Source: Oscillospiraceae bacterium (GTDB lineage Bacteria > Bacillota > Clostridia > Oscillospirales > Ruminococcaceae). Taken from it: a stretch of DNA of 64,000 bases. Under the pieces are notes generated by a model. That model did not search any database and was not told the DNA's origin. It saw nothing but the letters and a program-made list of their open reading frames with translations. This document shows positions 55,643-64,000 of the stretch, in pieces. Where the stretch lies: the NCBI GenBank assembly GCA_045643005.1, contig JAZUJY010000152.1, positions 483-64,482 of the forward strand, given 5' to 3'. A program made the position numbers and the translations under genes. Numbering within the stretch: position 1 is the stretch's first letter; each line of letters begins with the position of its first letter.

Positions 55643-55672
55643 TTGACAGAATTTATTATCATAAATTATAAT
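55643..55672 (+). promoter_or_regulatory. Promoter of CotH paralog 1 (conserved with 58659..58688)
   Basis: TTGACA, an 18-nt spacer, then TATAAT. It is preceded by ATGACATATCATTAATTTGA, which is also conserved upstream of paralog 2. Confidence 0.6.
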
Positions 55673-55755
55673 GAAATAAAAACAGCCCGGGATGTCTCCA
55701 GCACTCCTTTGCTGTTTTCAGTCAATAAATGTTTTTATATGGAGGTTAGTAGTTT

Positions 55756-58518
55756 ATGAGCATGAAGAAAAACAAAAAAAATATTTTCATTGCTTCTTTT
55801 CTTATCTGTTCACTGATGCCTGCAGCAGCTGCAAGTGCAGCATCTCTCGGTGATGTTAACGGAGACGGAAGCTTCAATGTTTCTGACATCAAAGCAATGT
55901 CAAAATATTTTACCGGGGCATCTGCTTCAATCGACACATCCGCTGCTGATTTTGACGGCAACGGAAAAATAAATATCGTTGATCTTATCAAGGCAAAAAA
56001 TACTCTTCTTGAAAACGGAAGTACAAGTACTGAAACACAAACCACCGTTAAGCTTAACGGATCATCAATATCAGTAACAGGCAAAAATGCCACTGCTTCA
56101 GGCAGCACACTTACGATCACAGGTTCAGGTATATTCAACATCGAAGGAAAACTTTCAAACGGTCAGATCATCGTTGATGTTGACAAAAACGCCGACCCGG
56201 GAACTGTTAAGCTGTTCTTCAACGGTGTGGACATTACATGTACAAAGGACGCTCCTGTATATATCAAGAGTGCTGAAAATACTTCAATCAATCTTGCTGA
56301 CGATACTGTAAACTATATCAATGACGGTTCAGCCTACAATGAAACAGAAGCTGCCATCTACGCCAAGGATGATCTCACCATCAAGGGCAACGGACGTCTT
56401 GAAGTTCATGCATCTACATACTTTGGAATTCACTGCAGCAACGATCTCAAGATAAACGGCGGCGACATATACGTTCTCACTGATACCGAAGACGCTGTAA
56501 GAGGCAAAGATTCTGTAACAGTCAAGAGCGGAAAGATATTTATTGATTCTGCCGGAGACGGTATCAAATCAACACAGGGCAATGTTGATATCGAAGGCGG
56601 CACTGTTCAGATCAAGGCTTCAAGTGATGCCATCCAGGCTGAAACAACAATCAACATTTCAGGCGGTGACGTTACTGCCTGTGGCGACAGAGGTCTTACC
56701 TCCGTAACAAAAACAAATATCACCGGCGGTTCAGTTCTGGCTACGAGTTCCAAGGAACAGGTTTCAAATATCTCATGCAAGATCAGTGCAATGACACTCG
56801 ACTACGCTAAAGAATGGAAAAAGAACAATCCTATTGCTCTGACAACATCCGGAAAAGCAGTCAAATTTGAAAAGGATACATACAAGAAATTCTCATATGC
56901 ATTTATCGCCGATGAATCCTTAAACGGCAGCTACACACTCTACACAGGCGGTATCAACACCGGCACTGTTAAAACAGGAAGTCCTGCCAAATTTACAAAT
57001 GTAAACAATGAGTCAGATGCAGACACACTTTATTCAGATTTATTCGATCAGACTGTTGTTCACAACATAAGCATCAATATGCCTGAAAGTGACTGGGAAC
57101 AGCTCAAATCAACCGCAACAAAAGAAGAATACTTCACATGTGACCTTTCAATAGACGGAGTAAAATACAAGAACTGCGCTATCAGAACCAAAGGCTTCAG
57201 CTCACTTTCAGCTGTTGCAGGTCAGGGCGGAGAAAAATTCAGCTTCAGAATCAAACTCGACAAATATGAAAAATATCAGAACTACAAGGGACTCACAGAA
57301 TTCTGTGTAAACAACCTTTACGGCGATTCTTCCGGTATGAGAGATACTCTCTGCTATGATGTTCTTCATGAACTTGGTGCATATGCTCCTGATACAGCAT
57401 ATACAGATGTATATCTTAACGGAAAGCTCTTCAGTTTCTACATTCTCTGCGAAGTTCCTGCTGAAACAATGGGCGAAAACTTCTCAACAGACAATGATGC
57501 AACAATATACAAAGCTGATCAGGTTTCATGTACATTCCAGCAGAATCAGAGACTCTCTGACTTCAGCGTAAAATACGGTCCTGACGAACAGATGACACAT
57601 ATTACTGAAGTTGTTGAAGCTATCAATAAGGTTACTCCTGACAACTACAAGTTTATCGAGGATATAGTTGATGTATCAAGCTTCCTCAAGGGCTTTGCCG
57701 TAAACTGCTATATGTGCAACACAGACAGCTACAACGGCTCAATGGCTCATAACTATTACCTGCTCTGGAACGACGGCAAAATGAGCTATGTTGCATGGGA
57801 CTACAACCTTTCTCTCGGCGCATTTATGGGAGGTACTTCAAGTGTAAACGCTGATATCACAACAGGACTTGACGGTGCAAGTGCAGCAAACAGACCGCTC
57901 GTCGGAAAACTTCTTGCTGTTCCTGAATATTACGATGAATATATCGGCTATGTAAAACAGATAGCAAACTACTTCAAGGATCCTGAAGCAAGAGTAAATA
58001 AAATTGACAAAGTTATAGGCTCACATATCAAGGCTGATCCGAGATACCTCTTCACATATGATGAATATGTTTCAGGTATTTCAAAGAGTGCTGAAGGTCT
58101 TCAGGTTTCAGACGATGCAACAGGCGGCTGGGGCAACATGGACTGGGGCAATATGGACTGGGGCGGCTTCGGCGGCGAAGGCGGCGACCAGGACTGGGCT
58201 AATATGGACTGGGGCAACATGGACTGGGGCGGCTTCGGCGGCGGAGACGGTGCAGGCTTCGGCGGCGGTGATGGTGCCGGCGGATTTGGCGGCTTCGGCG
58301 GTGAAGGCGGCGACATGGACTGGGCTAACATGGACTGGGGCAACTTTGACTGGGGCGCTATGGACTGGGGCGCTGACGGTGAAGGCGGCGCTGACTGGGG
58401 CAACATGGACTGGGGCGGCTTCGAAGGCGGCGGCTGGGTCATGGACTTCGGCGGTACAGTTTCAGTTACAGACTTCCTCATAAAACGTTATGAAGTTGTT
58501 ATGGGTCAGATTTCGTAA
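55756..58518 (+). CDS. Cellulosomal protein: N-terminal dockerin + Cthe_2159-like beta-helix carbohydrate-binding domain + CotH kinase-family domain + Gly/Trp/Asp-rich repeat tail
   Basis: After the signal peptide comes the dockerin LGDVNGDGSFNVSDIKAMSKYF...DFDGNGKINIVDLIKAKNTL. The beta-helix block is ITGSGIFNIEGKLSNGQIIVDVDK...LTIKGNGRLEVHAS..GIHCSNDLKINGGDIYV...IDSAGDGIKS. The CotH block is NCAIRTKGFSSLS...FSFRIKLDKYEKYQNYKGLTEFCVNNLYGDSSGMRD. Confidence 0.85.
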   Translation: MSMKKNKKNIFIASFLICSLMPAAAASAASLGDVNGDGSFNVSDIKAMSKYFTGASASIDTSAADFDGNGKINIVDLIKAKNTLLENGSTSTETQTTVKLNGSSISVTGKNATASGSTLTITGSGIFNIEGKLSNGQIIVDVDKNADPGTVKLFFNGVDITCTKDAPVYIKSAENTSINLADDTVNYINDGSAYNETEAAIYAKDDLTIKGNGRLEVHASTYFGIHCSNDLKINGGDIYVLTDTEDAVRGKDSVTVKSGKIFIDSAGDGIKSTQGNVDIEGGTVQIKASSDAIQAETTINISGGDVTACGDRGLTSVTKTNITGGSVLATSSKEQVSNISCKISAMTLDYAKEWKKNNPIALTTSGKAVKFEKDTYKKFSYAFIADESLNGSYTLYTGGINTGTVKTGSPAKFTNVNNESDADTLYSDLFDQTVVHNISINMPESDWEQLKSTATKEEYFTCDLSIDGVKYKNCAIRTKGFSSLSAVAGQGGEKFSFRIKLDKYEKYQNYKGLTEFCVNNLYGDSSGMRDTLCYDVLHELGAYAPDTAYTDVYLNGKLFSFYILCEVPAETMGENFSTDNDATIYKADQVSCTFQQNQRLSDFSVKYGPDEQMTHITEVVEAINKVTPDNYKFIEDIVDVSSFLKGFAVNCYMCNTDSYNGSMAHNYYLLWNDGKMSYVAWDYNLSLGAFMGGTSSVNADITTGLDGASAANRPLVGKLLAVPEYYDEYIGYVKQIANYFKDPEARVNKIDKVIGSHIKADPRYLFTYDEYVSGISKSAEGLQVSDDATGGWGNMDWGNMDWGGFGGEGGDQDWANMDWGNMDWGGFGGGDGAGFGGGDGAGGFGGFGGEGGDMDWANMDWGNFDWGAMDWGADGEGGADWGNMDWGGFEGGGWVMDFGGTVSVTDFLIKRYEVVMGQIS
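58117..58455 (+). repeat. In-frame GC-rich tandem repeat (15-nt unit AAYATGGACTGGGGC = NMDWG, interspersed GFGG units)
   Basis: It encodes GGWGNMDWGNMDWGGFGGEGGDQDWANMDWGNMDWGGFGGGDGAGFGGGDGAGGFGGFGGEGGDMDWANMDWGNFDWGAMDWG... Confidence 0.9.
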
Positions 58519-58554
58519 TTATCAATTTCCTAATATACAAATACACTACTTACA

Positions 58555-58598
58555 GAAAAGATCTTTCGATTTTACCTCGAAAGATCTTTTCTCTTTTA
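58555..58598 (+). terminator. Rho-independent terminator of paralog 1
   Basis: GAAAAGATCTTTCGA-ttttacc-TCGAAAGATCTTTTC followed by a T-rich run. Confidence 0.8.
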
Positions 58599-58658
58599 TT
58601 TTTTAATGCTTTAACATTGTTCAAAATTTGAAATTATTATGACATATCTTTAATTTGA

Positions 58659-58688
58659 TTGACATGCTTTGCTTCCATGAATTATAAT
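58659..58688 (+). promoter_or_regulatory. Promoter of CotH paralog 2
   Basis: TTGACA, an 18-nt spacer, then TATAAT, with the same upstream ATGACATATCTTTAATTTGA box. Confidence 0.6.
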
Positions 58689-58764
58689 TAAATCAAATGA
58701 GTTTGATTCTATTTTTATGTTTACATTTTAGTAAACATATATTAACTATGGAGGTTAGAATTTT

Positions 58765-61437
58765 ATGAGCATGAAAAAGAACAGAAAAAATATTTTCATT
58801 GCTTCTTTTCTTATCTGTGCACTGATGCCTGCAGCTGTTGTAAACGCTGCTTCACTCGGTGATGTTAACGGAGACGGAAAATTTAATGTTTCTGACATTA
58901 AAGCAATGTCAAAATATTTTACCGGTGCATCTGCTTCAATAAATACTTCTGCAGCTGATTTTGACAGCAACGGAACTATAAACATTGTCGATTTCATAAA
59001 AGCCAAGAATACACTTCTTGAAACAGGAGGAGATCCTGCTGAAGAGACAGAAACAAATATTAAGCTCAACGGAAGCTCTATTTCCGTAAATGGCGAAAAT
59101 GCCACCGCTTCAGGCAGCACTCTTAAAATTACAGGTTCCGGCAAATTCAATATCGAAGGAAAACTTTCAAATGGTCAGATCATCGTTGATGTTGACAAAA
59201 ATACTGATGCAGGAACAGTAAAGCTGTTCTTCAACGGTGTTGATATCACATGTTCAAACGATGCGCCTGTATATATCAAGTGCGCTGAAAACACATCGAT
59301 AAATCTTGTTGAAGGTACTGTAAACTACATAAATGATGGCACTGCTTTCAACGAAACGGAAGCTGCCATCTATGCAAAAGATGACCTCACCATCAAGGGC
59401 GACGGACGTCTTGAGGTTCATGCAGCAACCTACTTCGGAATTCACTGCAGCAACGATCTCAAGATCAACGGCGGTGACATCTACGTTCTTACTGATACCG
59501 AAGACGCAGTAAGAGGCAAGGATTCTGTAAAAGTCAAGAGCGGAAAGATCTTCATCGATTCCGCAGGCGACGGTATCAAATCAACACAGGGCAATGTTGA
59601 CATCGAAGGCGGAACTGTACAGATCAAGGCTTCAAGTGATGCGATTCAGGCTGAAACGACCATCAACATTTCAGGCGGCGATGTTACTGCATGCGGTGAC
59701 AGAGGACTTACATCAATTGAAAAAACAAATATTACAGGCGGTTCTGTTCTTGCTACAGGAACAAAGGAACAGGTATCCAACCTTTCATGTTCAATAGGTG
59801 CCATGACACTTGACTATACTAAGGAATGGAAAAAGAACAATCCGATAGCTCTTACCACATCCGGAAAAGATATCAGATTTGAAAAAGATACTTATAAGAA
59901 ATTCAGTTACGCATTTATAGCTGATGAATCATTAAGCGGCAGCTACACGCTCTACACAGGCGGCATCAACACCGGAAGTGTAAAAACAGGAAATCCTGCA
60001 AAATACACAGATGTAAACAATGAATCAAACGGTGACGTACTCTACTCTGATTTCTTTGATCAGTCAGTTGTACACAATGTCAGCATCAGCATGCCTGACA
60101 GCGACTGGGCTCAGCTCAAAAAAGAAGCTACAAGAGAAGAATATTTCAAATGTGATGTTTCCATAGACGGTGTTGAATACAAAAACTGTGCTATCAGAAC
60201 CAAGGGCTACAGTTCACTTTCTTCTGTTGCAAGTTCAGGAAGTGAAAAATTCAGCTTCAGAATCAAGCTTGACAAATATGAAAAATATCAGAACTACAAG
60301 GGACTCACAGAATTCTGCGTAAACAACCTATACGGTGACCCGTCCGGAATGAGAGACACTCTCTGCTATGATGTTCTTCATGATCTTGACGCATATGCTC
60401 CTGACACAGCATACACTGATGTATATCTCAACGGAAAACTTTTCAGCTTCTACATTCTCTGCGAAGTTCCTGCTGAAACAATGGGTGAAAAATTTGCAAC
60501 TGACAATGATGCCACCCTCTACAAAGCAGACCAGACTTCATGTACATTCCAGCAGAACCAGAAGCTCTCAGACTTCAGTGTAAAATTCGGACCTGATGAA
60601 CAGATGACACATATCACTGAACTGGTAACTGCAATAAATCAGGTTACTCCTCAGAACTACAAGTTTATCGAAGATATTATGGATGTTTCAAGCTTCCTCA
60701 AGGGCTTTGCCGTAAACTGCTACATGTGCAACTACGACAGCTATAACGGAATGATGGCACACAACTACTACCTGCTCTGGAACAACGGAAAAATGAGCTA
60801 TGTAGCATGGGACTACAACCTCTCACTCGGTGCTTTCATGAGCGGAGCTTCAAGTGTAAATTCAGATATCACATCAGGTCTTGACGGCACAAGTGCTTCA
60901 AGCAGACCGCTTGTAGCTAAGCTTCTTGCAGTTTCTGAATACTATAATGAATATATCGGTTATGTAAAACAGATCGCTGATTTTTACAAGGACCCTGAAT
61001 CATATATAAAAAATATCGACAGTCTTATCGGTTCTCATATTAAATCCGATCCAAGATACCTGTTCTCTTATGACCAGTATGTTAAAAACATTTCCAGAAG
61101 TGCTGAAGGTCTTCAGGTTTCAGGTAACTCCGGCGGCTGGGGCGGCTTTGGCGGCGGCGGCTGGGGATTCGTAGGAGCTCCCGGAGACGGCGGCTGGGGC
61201 GGCCAGGACTGGGGCGGCGGTCAGAACTGGGGTGGCCAGGGCGGCGGCCAGAACTGGGGCAACATGGACTGGGGCAACTTTGACTGGGGTCAGAACGGCG
61301 AAGGCGGCGGAAACAATGCCAACTGGGGCGGCATGGGCGGCTTCGGCGGATTTGGTGCAGGCTTCGGCGGTGAAAATGTATCTGTAACTGACTTCCTTAT
61401 CAAACGTTATGAAGTAGTTCAGGGTCAAATCAGGTAA
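58765..61437 (+). CDS. Tandem paralog of 55756..58518 (dockerin + Cthe_2159-like + CotH + Gly/Trp-rich tail)
   Basis: It is collinear with paralog 1 and identical at most positions by eye over the globular part. The tail differs: WGGFGGGGWGFVGAPGDGGWGGQDWGGGQNWGGQGGGQNWGNMDWGNFDWG... Confidence 0.85.
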   Translation: MSMKKNRKNIFIASFLICALMPAAVVNAASLGDVNGDGKFNVSDIKAMSKYFTGASASINTSAADFDSNGTINIVDFIKAKNTLLETGGDPAEETETNIKLNGSSISVNGENATASGSTLKITGSGKFNIEGKLSNGQIIVDVDKNTDAGTVKLFFNGVDITCSNDAPVYIKCAENTSINLVEGTVNYINDGTAFNETEAAIYAKDDLTIKGDGRLEVHAATYFGIHCSNDLKINGGDIYVLTDTEDAVRGKDSVKVKSGKIFIDSAGDGIKSTQGNVDIEGGTVQIKASSDAIQAETTINISGGDVTACGDRGLTSIEKTNITGGSVLATGTKEQVSNLSCSIGAMTLDYTKEWKKNNPIALTTSGKDIRFEKDTYKKFSYAFIADESLSGSYTLYTGGINTGSVKTGNPAKYTDVNNESNGDVLYSDFFDQSVVHNVSISMPDSDWAQLKKEATREEYFKCDVSIDGVEYKNCAIRTKGYSSLSSVASSGSEKFSFRIKLDKYEKYQNYKGLTEFCVNNLYGDPSGMRDTLCYDVLHDLDAYAPDTAYTDVYLNGKLFSFYILCEVPAETMGEKFATDNDATLYKADQTSCTFQQNQKLSDFSVKFGPDEQMTHITELVTAINQVTPQNYKFIEDIMDVSSFLKGFAVNCYMCNYDSYNGMMAHNYYLLWNNGKMSYVAWDYNLSLGAFMSGASSVNSDITSGLDGTSASSRPLVAKLLAVSEYYNEYIGYVKQIADFYKDPESYIKNIDSLIGSHIKSDPRYLFSYDQYVKNISRSAEGLQVSGNSGGWGGFGGGGWGFVGAPGDGGWGGQDWGGGQNWGGQGGGQNWGNMDWGNFDWGQNGEGGGNNANWGGMGGFGGFGAGFGGENVSVTDFLIKRYEVVQGQIR
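61121..61372 (+). repeat. GC-rich Gly/Trp repeat tract of paralog 2
   Basis: The repeated coding units are GGCTGGGGC / CAGAACTGGGGC / ATGGACTGGGGC. Confidence 0.85.
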
Positions 61438-61474
61438 TCTTCATTTCCCATTTATACAATAATACATAACTTCT

Positions 61475-61516
61475 GAAAAGATCTTCCGTTTTCCCTACGG
61501 AAGATCTTTTCTTTTT
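61475..61516 (+). terminator. Rho-independent terminator of paralog 2
   Basis: GAAAAGATCTTCCG-ttttcccta-CGGAAGATCTTTTC-TTTTT. The stem sequence is related to that of the paralog 1 terminator. Confidence 0.8.
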
Positions 61517-61557
61517 AAAAAAACAGGACCACGAAAGATTCGCGATCCTGTTTTTTT
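61517..61557. terminator. Second, imperfect hairpin; probable terminator of the minus-strand AIM24-family gene
   Basis: AAAAAAA-CAGGA..CGAAagaTTCG..TCCTG-TTTTTTT. Confidence 0.5.
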
Positions 61558-61581
61558 ATTTTTAACTATAAAATCTGATCC

Positions 61582-62265
61582 TTATCTGGATGTTGGGAAA
61601 TATGGTCTGAGTGAATTTGCAAGTCCGCTGATAGGCATTGTCTGGAGCCAGATATGACCCGGACCTGTTACTCTTGTATTGAACAAGCCTTCACCGCCTG
61701 CAAGAACATTACCAATACCTTTGATCTGTTCAATATCAATTGAACATGTTCCGTCCATAGCAGCAAGATAACCTGTATCAATAAGCATTGATTCACCGGG
61801 ACGAAGATCATATTCGATCGTGCTTCCGTCAATTTCAAGGAATGCCATACCCTGTCCTGTAAACTTCTGCATTACAAATCCTTCACCGCCGAAGATACCT
61901 GCGCCAAGTTTCTTCTGGAAAAATACATCCATCTGTACGCCTTCTGTAGCAGCAAGATATGCTTTCTTCTGTGCAACGATCATTCTGTCAGGTGCAATCT
62001 CTACTGCAAGAATATGACCCGGCATTGATGTACCGAAAGCAATTTCTCCGGGACCTCCCTGAGCTGTATATTTATTCTGGAAAAGTGATTCACCTGATAC
62101 TACTCTTGAAAACATTTTTCCAAGATTTCCTCCGGCTGCATTTGTAGACATCTGCATATTTGGAGACATCCATGTCATTGCACCCTTCTGACAGTTTACT
62201 GTTTCGTTTGGTTCAAGTGTCATTATAACGACCGGAAATGGTTCACCTTTAACTTCGTATCTCAT
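61582..62265 (-). CDS. AIM24/TIGR00266 (DUF124) family protein
   Basis: MRYEVKGEPFPVVIMTLEPNETVNCQKGAMTWMSPNMQMSTN...GESLFQNKYTAQGGPGEIAF...KKLGAGIFGGEGFVMQKFTGQGMAFLEIDG...GEGLFNTRVTGPGHIWLQTMP matches the family consensus as I remember it. Confidence 0.85.
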   Translation of the reverse strand: MRYEVKGEPFPVVIMTLEPNETVNCQKGAMTWMSPNMQMSTNAAGGNLGKMFSRVVSGESLFQNKYTAQGGPGEIAFGTSMPGHILAVEIAPDRMIVAQKKAYLAATEGVQMDVFFQKKLGAGIFGGEGFVMQKFTGQGMAFLEIDGSTIEYDLRPGESMLIDTGYLAAMDGTCSIDIEQIKGIGNVLAGGEGLFNTRVTGPGHIWLQTMPISGLANSLRPYFPTSR

Positions 62266-62421
62266 ATATTTGTACCTCTTTCTTTTTATAAATATTGTTT
62301 TATCTGTTAATAAGATTAAATTATGTATTTATTATAGCATCATTTTACATCAATGTCAACAAAAGATCACATTTTTTGATTATCTGCAATAAAATTTGTT
62401 CCTCATTTTATTGAATATGAG

Positions 62422-62466
62422 AAAAAAGTGCCGGACTGTTTTGTTAAAGTCCGGCACCGTTTTTTT
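62422..62466. terminator. Bidirectional terminator downstream of valS
   Basis: AAAAAA-GTGCCGGACT-gttttgttaa-AGTCCGGCAC-CG-TTTTTT. Confidence 0.8.
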
Positions 62467-62471
62467 ATGAA

Positions 62472-62492
62472 TTCAAAGCTCTGTATTGTTAT
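62472..62492 (+). repeat. 22-bp box variant TTCAAAGCTCTGTATTGTTAT
   Basis: There is one mismatch to the consensus box. It abuts the valS stop codon. Confidence 0.7.
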
Positions 62493-64000
62493 TATTTAAA
62501 ACTTGCAATTGATTCGTTTATCTTAGCCATTTTTTCTTCCGCAGCCTGAAGCTTAGCTTTTTGTTCATTGATAAGCTTTTCAGGTGCTTTTGCAATAAAG
62601 CCCTGATTATTGAGCTTTCCTGCAAGGAAGTCGATATCCTTCTGTACTTTTTCCTTTTCTTTGGTGAGTCTTGCGATCTCCTTATCCTTGTCAACAAGCT
62701 CATTCATCGGAATAAATGCTCTCGCACTGTCAGTAACTGCAGTAACTGCATCTTCAACAGAAACCTTTTCAGAAACATTTACACTGCTTGCTGAAGCTAA
62801 TTTTTCAAAGAACATTGCACAGTCATTGAAAAGATCTGTGAATTTTGTTTCGATATATACATTTGCCTTTACTGAAGGCGGAATGTTCATTTCTGTTCTT
62901 CTGTTTCTGATTTCTCTGATTACTTCGATAACTTTTTCAAAGGACTGAGCTTCTTCCTTGTATGAAAGTGATTCTTCAAATACAGGGAATTTTTCAAGCA
63001 TAATAGGTGTCTTTCCATCTGTCAGAGTCTGCCATATTTCTTCAGTGATGAAAGGCATGAAAGGATGGAGAAGCTTAAGCATACCCTGCATGATAAATAC
63101 AAGAACTGCCTGTGCTGTTTCCTTTGTTTCACCGCCTGCCTGAATTCTCGGCTTTGTAAGCTCGATATACCAGTCACAGTATACATCCCAGATGAAATCA
63201 TAAAGTTTCTGTACAGCAACACCAAGCTCGTAGCTGTCAAGATTGTCGTTGACTTCCTTTGCAAGATCGTTGAACTTGCTTATGATCCACTTATCTTCAA
63301 TGTTGAGATTGTTAGGAAGTTCTGTAAACTGATAATCATCAGGAAGATTCATCATGATAAATCTTGAAGCGTTCCAGAGCTTATTTGCAAAGTTTCTTGA
63401 AGCCTTAACTTTTTCTTCTGTGTAACGCATATCATTTCCCGGAGCATTACCGGTAGCAAGTGTAAATCTCAATGCATCAGCGCCATATGTTGCTATAACT
63501 TCAAGAGGATCGATACCGTTTCCAAGTGACTTGGACATCTTTCTTCCCTGTGAATCACGTACAAGACCGTGAATAAGTACTGTATCAAAAGGAACCTTGC
63601 CCATATGTTCGATTCCTGAGAACATCATTCTTACTACCCAGAAGAAAATGATATCATATCCGGTAACGAGTGTATTTGTAGGATAGAAGAAGTCAAGGTC
63701 TTCTGTCTTGTCAGGCCAGCCGAGTGTTGAGAACGGCCAGAGTGCTGAACTGAACCATGTATCAAGTGTGTCAGGGTCCTGACGCATCGGCTTTCCGCAT
63801 TTCGGGCATACTGCACTGTTTTCCTTGGTAACTACCATTTCACCACAGTCATCACAGTAAAATGCAGGTATCTGATGTCCCCACCAGAGCTGACGTGAAA
63901 TACACCAGTCTTTTATGTTTTCAAGCCAGTGATAGTAAATTTTGTTAAATCTTTCAGGAACAAATTTTGTTTCGCCGTTCTTTACTGCATCTATAGCCGG
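62492..64000 (-). CDS. valS: Valine--tRNA ligase, C-terminal part (5' end outside the window)
   Basis: It has [12 protein letters not shown] (KMSKS), the anticodon-binding region and a C-terminal coiled coil. The frame continues upstream of the track Met (…[31 protein letters not shown]…) to the window edge. Confidence 0.95.
   Translation of the reverse strand, partial: PAIDAVKNGETKFVPERFNKIYYHWLENIKDWCISRQLWWGHQIPAFYCDDCGEMVVTKENSAVCPKCGKPMRQDPDTLDTWFSSALWPFSTLGWPDKTEDLDFFYPTNTLVTGYDIIFFWVVRMMFSGIEHMGKVPFDTVLIHGLVRDSQGRKMSKSLGNGIDPLEVIATYGADALRFTLATGNAPGNDMRYTEEKVKASRNFANKLWNASRFIMMNLPDDYQFTELPNNLNIEDKWIISKFNDLAKEVNDNLDSYELGVAVQKLYDFIWDVYCDWYIELTKPRIQAGGETKETAQAVLVFIMQGMLKLLHPFMPFITEEIWQTLTDGKTPIMLEKFPVFEESLSYKEEAQSFEKVIEVIREIRNRRTEMNIPPSVKANVYIETKFTDLFNDCAMFFEKLASASSVNVSEKVSVEDAVTAVTDSARAFIPMNELVDKDKEIARLTKEKEKVQKDIDFLAGKLNNQGFIAKAPEKLINEQKAKLQAAEEKMAKINESIASFK

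Noticed and set aside
55746-56141. 131-aa minus-strand ORFs (55746..56141 and 58755..59150) are conserved between the two CotH loci.
   Set aside because: They are conserved only because they are antisense to the duplicated signal-peptide and dockerin coding regions. They have no SD and implausible hydrophobic products.
58058-58483. Ala/Trp/Thr-rich and Pro/Ser-rich ORFs (58058..58483 +, 58101..58481 -, 61120..61428 -) lie across the GC-rich tracts.
   Set aside because: They are alternative-frame or antisense readings of the in-frame Gly/Trp repeat, and stop codons are scarce there only because of the local GC richness.
1-64000. tRNA, rRNA, riboswitch or T-box elements.
   Set aside because: I found no cloverleaf-like GTTCGA/TCGAACC contexts outside coding regions, no rRNA-like segments and no recognisable riboswitch cores in the long 5' spacers. 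This was a by-eye scan only, so tRNAscan/Infernal should confirm it.

Overview
This is 64 kb from a low-GC Firmicute. The gene content suggests a cellulosome-producing Ruminococcus-like Clostridium: a GH9-CBM3c-dockerin cellulase, a GH2 with two dockerins, three dockerin-bearing CotH proteins and a dockerin-bearing phosphodiester glycosidase. The taxon is my inference only. The left ~16 kb is a polymorphic-toxin island and is my best candidate for the novel system. It encodes a ~3,281-aa RHS/YD-repeat protein with a Sec signal. The C-terminus of that protein reads: RHS core tip, hydrophobic helical segment, HINT autoprotease, then an unclassified 107-aa toxin. Candidate immunity genes follow, then two silent orphan toxin/immunity cassettes (nuclease + SUKH, and nuclease + DUF4259-like). 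Each cassette keeps a near-identical 165-212 bp copy of the RHS core tip. One orphan is frameshifted in an A7 run, and an IS remnant sits between the cassettes. The rest of the window is ordinary or accessory: a helical-repeat protein plus a 1,114-aa DUF4132 protein, an LRR protein, a vWA protein, a Nudix hydrolase, a DUF4272 protein, a LytTR regulator, a MacB-type ABC pair, an AraR-like regulator, a GtrA/GT2/phosphodiester-glycosidase surface-glycan cluster, a DABA-type aminotransferase, an AIM24-family protein and the 3' part of valS. The main non-coding signal is a dispersed family of modular multi-hairpin intergenic repeats (about 10 copies or fragments) built on the 22-bp box TTCAAAGCTCTGTGTTGTTATA. 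I saw no tRNA, rRNA or CRISPR array. All family names come from motifs I recognise by eye, not from searches.
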